A stretch of DNA of 63,124 bases, filler included, from Octopus bimaculoides (Eukaryota), in assembly GCF_001194135.2 (NCBI RefSeq). It is 5 parts of 4 records of this genome, joined end to end, with 100 filler letters (N's around TTAATTAATTAA, not from the genome) between each part and the next. Parts side by side here need not be neighbours in the genome. Positions count along the whole stretch, not along the records: positions 48,407 to 55,281 come from NC_068984.1; positions 55,382 to 63,124 come from NC_068996.1; 3 more parts are not named here. One strand, given 5' to 3'. The notes below the pieces were generated by a model. The model was not told where the DNA came from. It did no database searches and worked only from the letters and a program-made list of their open reading frames with translations. A program made the translations under genes and the position numbers. The stretch's first letter is position 1. Each line of letters starts with the position of its first letter. Shown one piece after another: positions 49,601-61,289 of this stretch.

Positions 49601-49910
49601 TGTATGNNNNNNNNNNNNNNNNNNNNNNNNNNNNNNNNNNNNNNNNNNNNNNNNNNNNNNNNNNNNNNNNNNNNNNNNNNNNNNNNNNNNNNNNNNNNNN
49701 NNNNNNNNNNNNNNNNNNNNNNNNNNNNNNNNNNNNNNNNNNNNNNNNNNNNNNNNNNNNNNNNNNNNNNNNNNNNNNNNNNNNNNNNNNNNNNNNNNNN
49801 NNNNNNNNNNNNNNNNNNNNNNNNNNNNNNNNNNNNNNNNNNNNNNNNNNNNNNNNNNNNNNNNNNNNNNNNNNNNNNNNNNNNNNNNNNNNNNNNNNNN
49901 NNNNNNNNNN

Positions 49911-49959
<49 letters not shown>

Positions 49960-49964
<5 letters not shown>

Positions 49965-50260
49965 GGTGGTTGTCTGCTCTTTGCAAAGATTGATCACTTC
50001 TTGTACTTGTAATTGCTCTTTCATAGCAGGAGATCTTACATGACTTTTGACCTGACCACATATACTGCGGCAATGTTTCATTTCAGCATTGGTTGCATTT
50101 TCCACTTGTTTATTATGAATGTTCAAGTGCTGCTTCAATCCTTCAAATGACTTGCAAGTATTTTGACAGACATTGCATTGAAAGTGGTCATCTGGAATGA
50201 AATTCCAATAGTTCATGCATGCCTTACCCACATATGTCAATGTTTACCTTTATGTTATAA
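49960..50260 (-). mobile_element. Probable RTE-type LINE 3' end with a terminal C2H2 finger
   Basis: FQCNVCQNTCKSFEGLKQHLNIH is a C2H2 motif without a TGEKP linker. It is followed by a short 3' region ending gcaaagagcagacaaccaccatg and a (TA)n tail. Confidence 0.5.
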
Positions 50261-50453
50261 ACTGAAGGCTTATTCAATACATTTGGTAGAGCACAAATTT
50301 ATTATTCTTTAACAAGAATAGTATTGACATTGACTTCAAAGTTTCAGCTAAGTGATTAGCGAACAGCCCAATAATGGTTTAGCTGGTTAAAACATTGATG
50401 TCACTGACCATACTATGCTTGTTAAAGAATAATGTATATATATGTATGTATTA

Positions 50454-50510
<57 letters not shown>

Positions 50511-50512
50511 AT

Positions 50513-50595
50513 TCCCGAGCGTCATACTAATACATCCTTTTGTTGTTTACACCACCTGTCCTCGTCTGTTGTTGTTTTTTCGTACATTCTCCCAT
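50513..50595 (+). mobile_element. Penelope pseudo-LTR 3' fragment, inverted relative to 51645-51780
   Basis: ttcccgagcgtcatactaatacatccttttgttgtttacaccacctgtcctcgtc aligns by eye with the reverse complement of 51650-51725 (ttcccaagcgttaaactaatacgcctgtttgttgtttatacacctgtcttcatc). Confidence 0.65.
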
Positions 50596-51579
50596 NNNNN
50601 NNNNNNNNNNNNNNNNNNNNNNNNNNNNNNNNNNNNNNNNNNNNNNNNNNNNNNNNNNNNNNNNNNNNNNNNNNNNNNNNNNNNNNNNNNNNNNNNNNNN
50701 NNNNNNNNNNNNNNNNNNNNNNNNNNNNNNNNNNNNNNNNNNNNNNNNNNNNNNNNNNNNNNNNNNNNNNNNNNNNNNNNNNNNNNNNNNNNNNNNNNNN
50801 NNNNNNNNNNNNNNNNNNNNNNNNNNNNNNNNNNNNNNNNNNNNNNNNNNNNNNNNNNNNNNNNNNNNNNNNNNNNNNNNNNNNNNNNNNNNNNNNNNNN
50901 NNNNNNNNNNNNNNNNNNNNNNNNNNNNNNNNNNNNNNNNNNNNNNNNNNNNNNNNNNNNNNNNNNNNNNNNNNNNNNNNNNNNNNNNNNNNNNNNNNNN
51001 NNNNNNNNNNNNNNNNNNNNNNNNNNNNNNNNNNNNNNNNNNNNNNNNNNNNNNNNNNNNNNNNNNNNNNNNNNNNNNNNNNNNNNNNNNNNNNNNNNNN
51101 NNNNNNNNNNNNNNNNNNNNNNNNNNNNNNNNNNNNNNNNNNNNNNNNNNNNATATATATATATATATATGTATATATATGTGTATATATATATATATGT
51201 ATATATATATACATATACATATGTATATATATATACATATACATATACATATACATATATATATATATATATGTGTATATATATATAAGGTATTGATTTT
51301 GAAACTAGTCTACGGTTAACCGAGGTATTTATAATTTTCACTGGTCTCGCCCGCCTGTTTTTGCTCCGCTGAATCTTTCTTTGAGAATTTTTTAAGTGAT
51401 CTTTTTCTAGCATATTAACAGACCACTTACTGGTCACTTTTATATACACAAGTACTATAATCCTTTTAGGATCTCGAAATTTTTTTTTCCTCTACCTTCT
51501 GATTCTTCTAATGTGCTAGTTTCCGGGTATTAAATTGATATTAATTAATATCAAATTTTTACTCTATTATGTTAATTAT

Positions 51580-51647
<68 letters not shown>

Positions 51648-51735
51648 TTGAAATTTACAGAAAAACAGAAGATGAAGACAGGTGTATAAACAACAAACAG
51701 GCGTATTAGTTTAACGCTTGGGAAGGTGAGAAAGT

Positions 51736-51772
51736 CTTTTACGTTTCGAGCCTACGCTCTTCAACAGAAAGG
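51736..51772 (-). ncRNA. Hammerhead motif in the Penelope pseudo-LTR (CUGUUGA core variant)
   Basis: CUUU CUGUUGA a GAGC guag GCUC GAAA C GUA AAAG. Stems I and II are perfect, stem III is palindromic ACGU with a GUA triplet, but conserved A6 is U. Confidence 0.65.
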
Positions 51773-52416
51773 AACATGAGGAAATAAACAGCAAGAGAAT
51801 AAAAAATCTTTTGGAGCTAGCAGTCAATCATGGTGGCTGGCTGGACAGAGCTAATTAGCCAGGAGAACTAGGAAGAAGGGGAGATAATAAAGTATTGGTG
51901 ATCCCAAAATGATGGTGCACATGCGTGTATATGTGAGAGTGTATAAGTGTGTGCGTGTGGATAGGGGCTAGTGACTTTGACGTGTGTATGTGTGCGTAAG
52001 TGTGTACGTCTGTAATGTGTGGGTGTATGGATGACAGTGTGGATGCAGGGAAGTGGTCAGTGTTAGTGTGTGGGGGGTGGTGTGATGTGGTGTAGTGGTG
52101 TGTGGTGTGGTGGTGTGGTGGTGTGTGGTGTGTGGTGTGGTGAGATGTGGGGATGCAATTTTAGGGTGTGGGGACTTGAGGGTGGGGTGTGGGTTGGAAT
52201 GAGGATGTGGGGTACGGTAGGGTATGTGGTTGTAGGATGTGTGGAGTAGGGGTGGGATGTGTATGGGTGAGGTGTGGATGGACGGGGTAACAATGAAGGG
52301 AGGAGGTGGGTACGAGTAAAGAGAGGAAGTATGTGTCAGGGCAAGAAAGGAGTGGATTTAGATGAAGAGGGGAGGGGAGTTGAGCCCATGTGACGCAAAG
52401 GAGCGAAGAGAGAAGA

Positions 52417-52700
52417 TTAATTCCTGTTCACGGCAAAGGCGGGAGACCAGATGGCCCCTGTGTAAAGACAATCCAAACACAAACAGGTGTTGTAATGAAT
52501 GACCAGTAGAGCAGAAATGGCGCGAGGTCGGGAGTCGCTGCCGAGTCTAATGTCTTGGAGGTGCTCCGCGAACAGGTCAGCCAAGTGGCTTCTCGTTTGA
52601 CCGAAGTACAGAGGACAGAAAGAGCATGAGATGCAGTAAATGACGTTGCTAGAAGTGTATGTAAAGGAGTCAGTGATATGATAGGGACGATGATGGATGC
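52417..52700 (-). pseudogene. GIY-YIG endonuclease domain of the Penelope-like element
   Basis: NVIYCISCSFCPLYFGQTR...AEHLQDIR (VIY...C..C..YxGxT pattern). Confidence 0.88.
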
Positions 52701-53129
52701 CTGTAGGATTGTGGTGATGGAGAGGTAGGGCCAAGTGCGGCAGTGTGGGCAGGAACAGGGGAACGAACCAGGTTGGGCGGTAGGGTTAGGGAAGAAACTG
52801 TGGACCAGGAGGTCACGTAGGTTGTGGGCTCATTTGAACGAGGGGAGGGGTAGGTTGGGCAAGATGTGCAAAGTGGAGGAGTCGGACTGGAGTCGCCGGA
52901 AGGCTCGGAGAATGGTGCGTTGGAGAGGCAGGGTGGAGGGGTGGTAGATGAACGGAAATGGGAGACAGTAACGGCGAGGCAGGTGCGAGGAAAGAGAGCA
53001 GAGGCACGGTCCACGGAACGTGCTCTGGCAAGGGCGGTGTGAATAGTGATGAGGGGATATCCACAAAGGATGAAGTGGTGAGCCATGAGTTGAGACTGAG
53101 TCTCAAAGTCATTTGCTGTCACTGAAGAG

Positions 53130-53720
53130 CCTGCGCAGATGGAGGAGGAGTAGGGGATTGAGAGCTTGGTGTGGGTAGGGTGGGAGGAGGAGAAGTTGAG
53201 TTATGAGTGTGAGACGATGAGTTTGTAGTGGATGGAGGTAGTGGGAGTGGAGTTGTGTATGTTGGCTGAAATGTCGAGAAAAGCGATGAAAGTGTAAGAA
53301 ATTGTGCAGGAGAATTCGAGGGCAGGATGGAAGGATTGAATAAAAGAGAAGAAGGAGTCTAGTTGTTCGCGGGAGAGCGAGGTCGCACCGATACAGTCAT
53401 CAATATAACGATTGTATAGTTCGGGAGTGGAGCCAGTGAATCTTGAAAATATTTGGGCCTCAACGTAGCCAAAGAACAGGTTCGCATAGTTGGGGCCCAT
53501 TCTCGTTCCCATGGCCATTCCCGAGAGATCTGTTGGTAAAGCTCCCCCGTGAACGAGAAGCAGTTGAGGGAGAAAACAAGTTCGGCCAGACGAAGAAGTG
53601 TGCACGTGTCAGGTTGGGGGTTGGGTTGAAGGTCTAGGAAATGTTTGAAGGCAAGAAGTCCTTCGTGGTGTGGGAACACCGTACATAGATCTTGATATTA
53701 AGAGCGAAGAGACGTTTAGA
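53130..53720 (-). pseudogene. Reverse transcriptase core of the Penelope-like element
   Basis: PHHEGLLAFKHFL, NCFSFTGELYQQ, GMAMGTRMGP and YIDD, split across frameshifted ORFs 53359-53679 and 53201-53605. Confidence 0.9.
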
Positions 53721-55381
53721 GGGGCTAGGAGGGAAGGAGAAAGAGTTGAAAAGATGATGAACATGGTTAGTGTCGTGGATGTGTGGTGGGAAGGAAGCCA
53801 CTAGGAGGCAAGGACAAGCTCGAGGTATTTAGAGATGAGTTCCGTGGGGCAGTTACAGGCGGAGACGATAGGGCGGCTAAGGTTGTTGTTGGGTTTGGGG
53901 ATTTGGGGAAGGAAGTAAATGGTGGGGGTGCGGGGAGTGCGGACAATGAGGTTGGAGGCGGTGGTAGGGAGACGGGAGAAGGAAATAATGTCATGGATAG
54001 TGGAGGGTACCGTCTGTTGGTAGCTAGGCGTGGGGTTGGAGGACAGAGGGCAGTAGAAAGAGGTATCTTGAAGTTGGCGGAGAGCTTCAGCCTTGTAGAG
54101 ATCTGCGCGTCACACCACCACGGCTCCACCCTTGTCGGTCGGTTTTATGATAATGTCTGACATCGAATAGCCGAGAGTTCGGCTGGGGAGATGTTCAGAT
54201 GTTGGAGATGCTTGCGAAAGTTAAACCAGTCACAACACGTTGACAGATGCCTGCAAAATGATCGACTGCTTGGAATTGGCCAGAAGCTGGCGTCTAGTGG
54301 GATTGTCGGCAGCCCAGGTCGGTGAAGCAGTCCTTTTCGTTGGGTGCAGGTGGAGTATTGTGGAATAGTGCATATAGCCTGTCACGGCACACAAAGTCAT
54401 GAATATCAGCACGGGTCTGAAATTCGTTACTGAATGGAGTGAGGGAGATGAAGCAGAGACCTCTACTGAGAAGAAGTCTCTCCGCCTCAGAGAAAGAAAG
54501 ATCAGGAGGAATGGTAACAACAGACTGAAATGGGGGTGGTAGATGAGTCAGATGCGGAAGGGTGGTAGTAGTGGAAGGCTGGGAGGAGAGAAAGGAGGGG
54601 TAAGTATTGTGGGGTTTAGAGTCACGGAGAAGTTGGGTTGAGGAAAAGAGGGAGGGGAGGAGTTGGGGTAGTGGCATCGGGTGTGATTGAATGGAGGAGT
54701 GAGTGGAGTTTACGTTGTTTAGTGAGAGCGAGAAATTCATGGAAGTGATGATTTAAATGGATTATATGATGTAGAGTGTGCATAGGAAGGTGACAGAGGG
54801 GTGAAGAAGATGGAATAAGCAAGAGGGAGAAGGCGGTCGATGGTGTGTATTTTGGAGAGATTGGAACGAATGGTGGGACGCATAAGGCAGTAGGAAGTAG
54901 TACGGAGTACGAGTATGATGGCTGAAGCAGAGTGGTGAGTGAGATGGAAATTGAGGCAGAAACTTTTGGTGATGAGGCGGTGGTGGAGGCAGCGACTGAG
55001 AAATGAAATGTGGCTAGAGAACCTTGTTTTTTTGAAAATTAGTAGGGAAAGATTAATAGGTTGAAAGCAGCGGAAAGGAAGTGTGGAAAGGTGTTTCTTC
55101 AGGCGGTGGTGAAGATAGAGGAGGAAAAGATTGTAATCGGGCATGATTGAAAAAGGAGAAAAAAGGGGGAGAGAAATGTAAAGTAATGACTTATGGAGTA
55201 TAAAAGGTCAAAAAAAATTCGAAAGGCATGAGGAGAAAAAAATACAAAAGGCAGAAGGAGAAGAAAAAAAAAAAAAAAAAANNNNNNNNNNNNNNNNNNN
55301 NNNNNNNNNNNNNNNNNNNNNNNNNTTAATTAATTAANNNNNNNNNNNNNNNNNNNNNNNNNNNNNNNNNNNNNNNNNNNN

Positions 55382-55790
55382 ACTTTCGGGCCGGGGTGTC
55401 TGGACAATTACCAGAAATCCCTGGCTTGGTAGTGCTTCCGTGCGGCGTTACCTGTTCATGATAAACTGTCAAGGCACGGAAGTGCCATATCGCCGACATG
55501 TCCGAGGTGCGGGCAGGTCAGGGAAACCGTCTTGCACGCATTCGTGGAATGTCCGGAATTAACGAGACTGATAGTTTTCGCAGAACAACTGTTGTCATCG
55601 ATGGGAAGAGTACAGCTATCAGCTGAATCTATCATCAAGATTGTGCCGCCTCCTTCCCTCAACAGGGAAAGGAAGGCTTACTTNNNNNNNNNNTATCAGC
55701 TGAATCTATCATCAAGATTGTGCCGCCTCCTTCCCTCAACAGGGAAAGGAAGGCTTACTTTTCCTACGTAGTAGCCATACTGAAAGAAAC
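55382..55790 (+). pseudogene. Tx1/L1-clade LINE ORF2 C-terminal zinc-knuckle fragment
   Basis: ALPVHDKLSRHGSAISPTCPRCGQVRETVLHAFVECP (C-x2-C...H-x4-C). Confidence 0.75.
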
Positions 55791-55885
55791 AGTATGGAAG
55801 ACGCGTGTAAGAGGCATAGTGACGGATACCTTTGTATCTGGCCAGGGGTTAATTAACTGTTTTTGAAACCACCCACAAATATTTA

Positions 55886-56258
55886 TGTAATAAAGTAGCT
55901 TGCTTACCAAACACATGGTTCCGGGTTCAGTCCCTCTGCGTGGCACCTTGGGCAAGTGTCTTCCACTATAGCCTCAGGCCGACCAAAACCTTGTGAGTGG
56001 ATTTGGTAGACGGAAACTGAAAGAAGCCTGTCGTATATATGTATATATNNNNNNNNNNGTGTCTGTGTTTGTCCCCCCAACATCGCTTGACAACCGATGC
56101 TGGTGTGTTTACGTCCCCGTAACTTAGCGGTTCGGCAAAATAGACTGATAGAATAAATACTAGGCTTCTAAAGAATAAGTCCTGGGGTCGATTTGCTCGA
56201 CTAAAGGTGGTGCTCCAACATGGCCGCAGTCAAATGACTGAAACAAGTAAAAGAGTAA
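55886..56258 (+). mobile_element. Family A SINE, full length
   Basis: gcttgcttaccaaacacatggttccgggttcagtcc...ggcaccttgggcaagtgtcttc...(TA)/gap...ggtggtgctccaacatggccgcagtcaaatgactgaaacaagtaaaagag. Confidence 0.92.
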
Positions 56259-56303
56259 ACAAGTTTGAGTCTTTTTTTTTTTTCAATCTTAATATCGAAA
56301 CAA

Positions 56304-57190
56304 ACAGATATAATAATCCTTTCTACTATAGGGACAAGGCTTGAAATTTGCCGGGAGGGAGCTAGTCGGTTACATCGATATCCATATTCAACTGGTACTT
56401 ATTTCATCAAGCCAGAAAGGATGAAGAGCAAAGTCAACCACGGCGTAATTTGAACTTAGAACATGAAAACAGACGAAATATTGACAAGCATTTCGCCTTG
56501 TGTGCTAACGATTCTGCCAGCTCACTGTCTTTAAATACAGATATAATAATCCTTTATAATATTGGCAGAAAGCCTGAAATTTTCGGGGAGGAGACTAGTC
56601 GATTACATCAACCTCAGTGTTTCACTGGTACTTAATTTATCGACCCCGAAAATATGAAAGACAAAGTGGACCTTGGCGGAATTTGAACTCAGAACGTGAA
56701 AACGGACGAAATACCGCTAAGCATTTTGCCCGGCGTACTAACAATCCTAGCTAGTCGCCTAAGACACAGGTACAACAACAACAACACAACAACAATAATA
56801 ATAATTATTATTTCCAATTTTGACACAAGGCCAGCAAATTCGTGGGAAGAGTAAGTTGATTATATTGTTTCCCCTCTGTTCAACAGATACTTATTTCATT
56901 GACTCCAAAAGGATAAAAAAGGCGAAGTCGACCTCAGCAGAATTTGGACTCACACTCTAGTAATAATAACAATAATAATGGTTTCAAATTTTGGCACGGG
57001 GCCAGCAATTTCGGGGGAGGAAGTAAATCGATTACATCGACTCCAGTGCTCAACTAGTACTTATTTCATGAAGCCTGAGAGGATAAAGGACAAAATCGAA
57101 CTCGGCGGAATTTGAACTCAGAACGTAAAAACGGACAGGATACCGCAAAATATTTTGTCCGACGCGGTAACAATTCTGCTAGCTCGCCGG
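56304..57190 (-). mobile_element. Chain of four head-to-tail family B SINEs
   Basis: Copies at about 56310-56530, 56540-56760, 56800-56955 (truncated) and 56965-57190, each with gtcgacc/t..ggcggaatttgaactcagaac and a TAA-type tail. Confidence 0.85.
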
Positions 57191-57819
57191 TTTTAACCAG
57201 TTGACGATATCTGGTTGACGATATGTGCATCTCTGATCACGAGCAGATGAGGGATCATAGCCATGTGTTGAGAGGAATTCTATGGGGTTTGAATAATTCA
57301 CCTCTGGAAACATGAGGTTTCGTTCAACAACCTTAACCAACTCTTATTCAGAGACCTTTTGAACGGGATGGGCTACTCGACCTGAAGGTCATGCGCTGTT
57401 TATCTTGATATGAGATTACCATGTCACACACAGGAGGCGGGAGACGAAGACCATTTTGATAGTGCAGACTCATGTGAAGAACATGTAAGAATGGCAATGA
57501 AGAAGAAGACAGTGAAAGAGTCTTTAGCCATCGAAGTGAGAGGTTCATAGACACAAGAATGAGAATACCAGTTCGTAGTCAATTGTACATGGTAGTTGAA
57601 ATACTGTATCAAGAAGTTGCGGCCATGATGCCGAGCCAGCTACTGGTAGAGGTCGTACGTGAAGTCGTGGCTGTGATACTGCTGCCTGGATCACTTTGGT
57701 ACAGAAGTTCTTGCAGGTTTTATATTCGTTGTTGATCCATGGTGAAGTAATTCACGAACAGTGAAGTGTTGGAACCTGGACGAGTTGCTGGTTGAGTTGT
57801 GTATGTAGAGTTGTGTATG

Positions 57820-57995
57820 TAAAGGCAAACGAGGCATCACGCTGTTGTTCTCGGCACTTCTCTAACAGGAGGCGGGAGACGAAGACCATTTCGATAGTGC
57901 TTACGGTTAGCTCTAAAACCGCATTGAGACTCATGTGAAGAACATGTAAGAATGGCAATGAAGAAGAAGACAGTGAAAGAGTCTTTAGCCATCGA
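57820..57995 (-). pseudogene. RTE-clade RT fragment, partially duplicated at 57430-57534
   Basis: ESQCGFRANR/STIEMVFVSRLLLEKCREQQRD (RTE PESQCGFR...STxDMIF..RQLQEKCREQ motif, one frameshift). Confidence 0.75.
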
Positions 57996-58719
57996 CGGTG
58001 GCGACGAAGAAGACTGTCGTAATGCTGTTGGACGAAGTTGGTAAGTCTCAACGTGGCTGCTGTGGTGTCATCGCTGTAACTGTCTTGTGTAGTCAGTGGC
58101 TGGATCAAAAAAGGTCTGGAATCGAAAGACGTCGAGACGAGGAGAAGCTGGGGTTTTATAAGGAGCGGTAAGCTCAAACTGGGTTGAGAACAGGCTGTCT
58201 CACGTCCAATTAGTTATACGCGGCAGTTGACGCAATCGAGTAAGAGACAAATTGCTCCAATACCAACCAATCAGAGTAGTGGACACAACAGGATCCAAAC
58301 AGTGGCCAAAGGCTAGCTGTTACCTGTTACGTTCAAATGCACGTTTATAAGGAGAGGGGAATTTCACTTGAGTGTACGGTACAGGATTGTTGTTGGCATC
58401 CTTTTGTCTCGGGAGACAACGGAGTTGCGCATAAACTAATCCGTTCTGGTTTTTATATTTCATGTCCTCTCTAGTTTCCTCTCCAGTTTTGCGCAGGCCT
58501 GGGCTAGATGTAAGAAAATCCTGGGTAGCCCAATCATCAGGATTCCTCTCTCAACCTTGCTGACATAGTCCAAAGGAGTGCAGAGCATAACGTTTGGCAC
58601 AAGCTTGGTTCCAGGAGCTACCGGAAGAGTGTCGAGTCGAACACTTAACCGCCTACGGGGCTCCACTCCGGATTTCTTTGAAGGTTGTAGTGAAGAAAAT
58701 TGCTACCCACAACCTAACG

Positions 58720-59462
58720 CTACAGGATAATGTGTCGGCATTATAAAATCAAACCTGCCGACAAATGGTACAAGCACCACCCTGAGGCTGTAATATGAGG
58801 GAGGAAGTGTAACGATTCTTTGAGATTTTCCAATATGTACAGACTGGACCATCAAAACAAATAAACCAGATATTGTTATGAAAGACCAAGACAATAAAGT
58901 CTGTTTATTGATTGACATGAGCATACCCTGTGACCATAAAATCTCGGCATAACAATTTCATAAGCTCAGAAAATATAAAGATTTGCTGATCGAAATCGAA
59001 AAGATGTGACATCTCAAGACGGTTACAATACCAGTGATTGTAGGAGCATTTGGAATGATCAAAAAAGGAACTGAAATTATTTAAGAATGATCCCTAGTTT
59101 ACCATCCATGCAGGAAGTGCAAAAGATTGTCTTAACTGCTACTTCACATGTACTGAGAAGAGCATTGTCGCTGTGAATTTTTTCCCCTTTTCCCCCCTTT
59201 ATTTGCTTTGTTTACTTTTTCATTTTTTCCTTTTTCTCTCCGTCTTTCTTTCTCTTTTTCTCTATCACATGACTTTGTGAACGAATAATCAATCTGGTGT
59301 GTTTATTTTAATGGCCTACCAATGTATGCTGTGCGCTTCTCTGCCCTAGGTGTCAGGAAGACACTCGGCAAGAAATGGAAACAGAATTGAAAGAAGATGC
59401 TAATGAAAGCAACAACAACAACAACAACAATAACAACAACAACAACAATAATAATAATAATA
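58720..59462 (+). mobile_element. R4/Dong-like RLE retrotransposon 3' end with a (CAA/TAA)n tail
   Basis: KWYKHHPE...TIL*DFPICTDWTIKTNKPDIVMKD...CLLIDMSIP...KYKDLLIEIEKM...IPVIVGAFGMIKK...VLTATSHVLRRALSL*, then a 3'UTR and (CAA)n(TAA)n. Confidence 0.85.
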
Positions 59463-60369
59463 GTTTTTATTATTATGTTCGTACATCAATCAAATTAGAT
59501 AAATCAATAATGGAAAAGTAATGGTTCAAATTAGTCCAGAAATATTTCTACGTTCATTCGTTATGCTCAAAGCGTTTTCATTACACAAAATTTTATGTAC
59601 ATACATTAGGGGACAGTGAGTTAGGTAGCGTTGCATCATTGTACTACAGAGCAAATTTTGAATTTGCATTCCCAAAATATTTTAGAGGGTGTGCTTGCAC
59701 CCCCTGCATCCACTGTTCCCGAGCCAATGATCATGGGATGAATGGGTAACCATTTACTTTGAGAGTTTGAAAATGCCATGACCAGAATGAAACCATGAAA
59801 ATCTCCGAAACCGGACCACAATCTTCTTCTTGAATTATTGAAACAAGTATGGGAAGAGTGTTGAGAAACAAATGAATCTAAAGTTGTAGTTATTATCACT
59901 AGCTTCAAGGAAAACGATAGAAAATCTTACGGCAATTATTATTGCTGTCAATCACAAGAAAAACATTTGCAAGAAAGAATCCTTCTAAAACATCTCCAAA
60001 TAAACGTTGAGAAAGTTGTTTCCAAATCTCAATGTGGCTTACGTGCCTTTTGTGGCACGATCGCCCTATATTTTGTGAAAGAAAAAAACAGGATAATCGA
60101 AAGGGCTGGTTTTATGACTCTTTTACTGGGTCTTTGAAACTGGTTGAAAGGAAAAAGGAAAGCATCTTCAAATCGGCAACCTAGCTTGGATGCTTCCAGC
60201 AGAGTGGGCTTCACTAAATACACTCAAGGTGCCAAGTGATAGTATTAAAATGGATGATGGGTTAAGTGTACCAGTCAAATAGTCCGTAGTAGAATTTGGA
60301 CTTAGATCGCATGGAGTCGAAATAAATATCACAAGGTGTCATGTTTGATATTCTAACTATACAACCAAT

Positions 60370-60550
60370 GTACCACCCTCGATTGATGCCTTATATATAT
60401 CGACCCCAGAGGTGCAAAAGGCAAAGTTGACCTCGGTGGGATTGAAACCTAGAACACAAAGCAGGCGAATAAATAATAATAATAAAAAAAAACCCGAAAT
60501 ACTACAAGGTATTTTATGCGATGTTCTAACGATTCTGCAAATTCGCTGTA
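60370..60550 (-). mobile_element. Family B SINE, diverged, with an internal (AAT)n
   Basis: atcgaccccagaggtgcaaaaggcaaagttgacctcggtgggattgaaacctagaac...ctaacgattctgc. Confidence 0.65.
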
Positions 60551-60954
60551 AAATATCGTTCTGTTTAATTCGAAATTCAAATCCCATAGGAATTGATTGT
60601 CTTTCATCTCTTCCAGTGATCAATAAATTATTTGCAAGCAATGTATTGACTGTTGTTGATTCGATCGATTGATCGATTACGTCTACTACCATACGGTTTT
60701 TTTGTCGCTTAAGTTACACGAGAAATCACTTTAGTTGATTATGTCACCTTCATTCGTCAAATAAAATACTGAAGAACCGACTGCATTGTTTCTCCAATAT
60801 TTAATAAATAAAGTTTCTTTTCTGAACAATTGGCTCAAGAGAGCATTTCAAGACGCAGCAACAGAGTTCTCAACCTTCTGCAGCCTAGAATTGTGGTGCC
60901 ATATATTTAAAGTATTGTCTCCTTGAAATGAGATTATGATTCTCCATTTAAAAC

Positions 60955-61160
60955 TGGCACTCCGCCGGAGGTTCTAGTTGATCCAATTAACAGAACAACT
61001 TGCTCATGAAATTAATGTGCTAGTGGCTGAGCACTCCACAGACACAAGGGAGGTTCAGCGTGACATATAATGTGACAGGGCTGGTTCTTTGAATTACAGG
61101 TACAACTCATTTTGGACAGATGAGTGGACTAGAGCAACGTGGAATAAAGTGCCTTGTTGA
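60955..61160 (-). mobile_element. SINE family C body
   Basis: ctggcactccg...gtggctgagcactccacagacac...gagtggactagagcaacgtggaataaagtgccttg, ending at a CORE-like box resembling the one in the 9690-9850 head. Confidence 0.6.
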
Positions 61161-61184
61161 AGATTGGTGGAGAAATGAGGGAAA

Positions 61185-61229
<45 letters not shown>

Positions 61230-61289
61230 TAAGACAGACAAGTAGAGAGGGTAAGAGCTGTGTAGTCCCTTGTATAAGGTACTTACTCA

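Larger units (their letters stand above)
51645..55200 (-). mobile_element. Penelope-like element (RT + GIY-YIG), near full length, frameshifted; 5' end runs into a gap
   Basis: N-terminal RFSSHISFLSRCLHHRLI and VVTIPPDLSFSEAERLLLSRGLCF; RT GMAMGTRMGPNYANLFFG...YNRYIDD...AFLD; endonuclease FTYTSSNVIYCISCSFCPLYFGQTRSHLADLFAEHL; 3' pseudo-LTR carrying a hammerhead motif. Confidence 0.92.

Noticed and set aside
49590-50240. C2H2 zinc finger as part of the cephalopod ZNF gene expansion
   Set aside because: It has one finger and no TGEKP linker, and ends in a retroelement-like 3' tail with (TA)n. An RTE C-terminus explains it better.
55617-55760. Exact 67-bp direct repeat
   Set aside because: It straddles a 10-N gap, the signature of unmerged overlapping contig ends.
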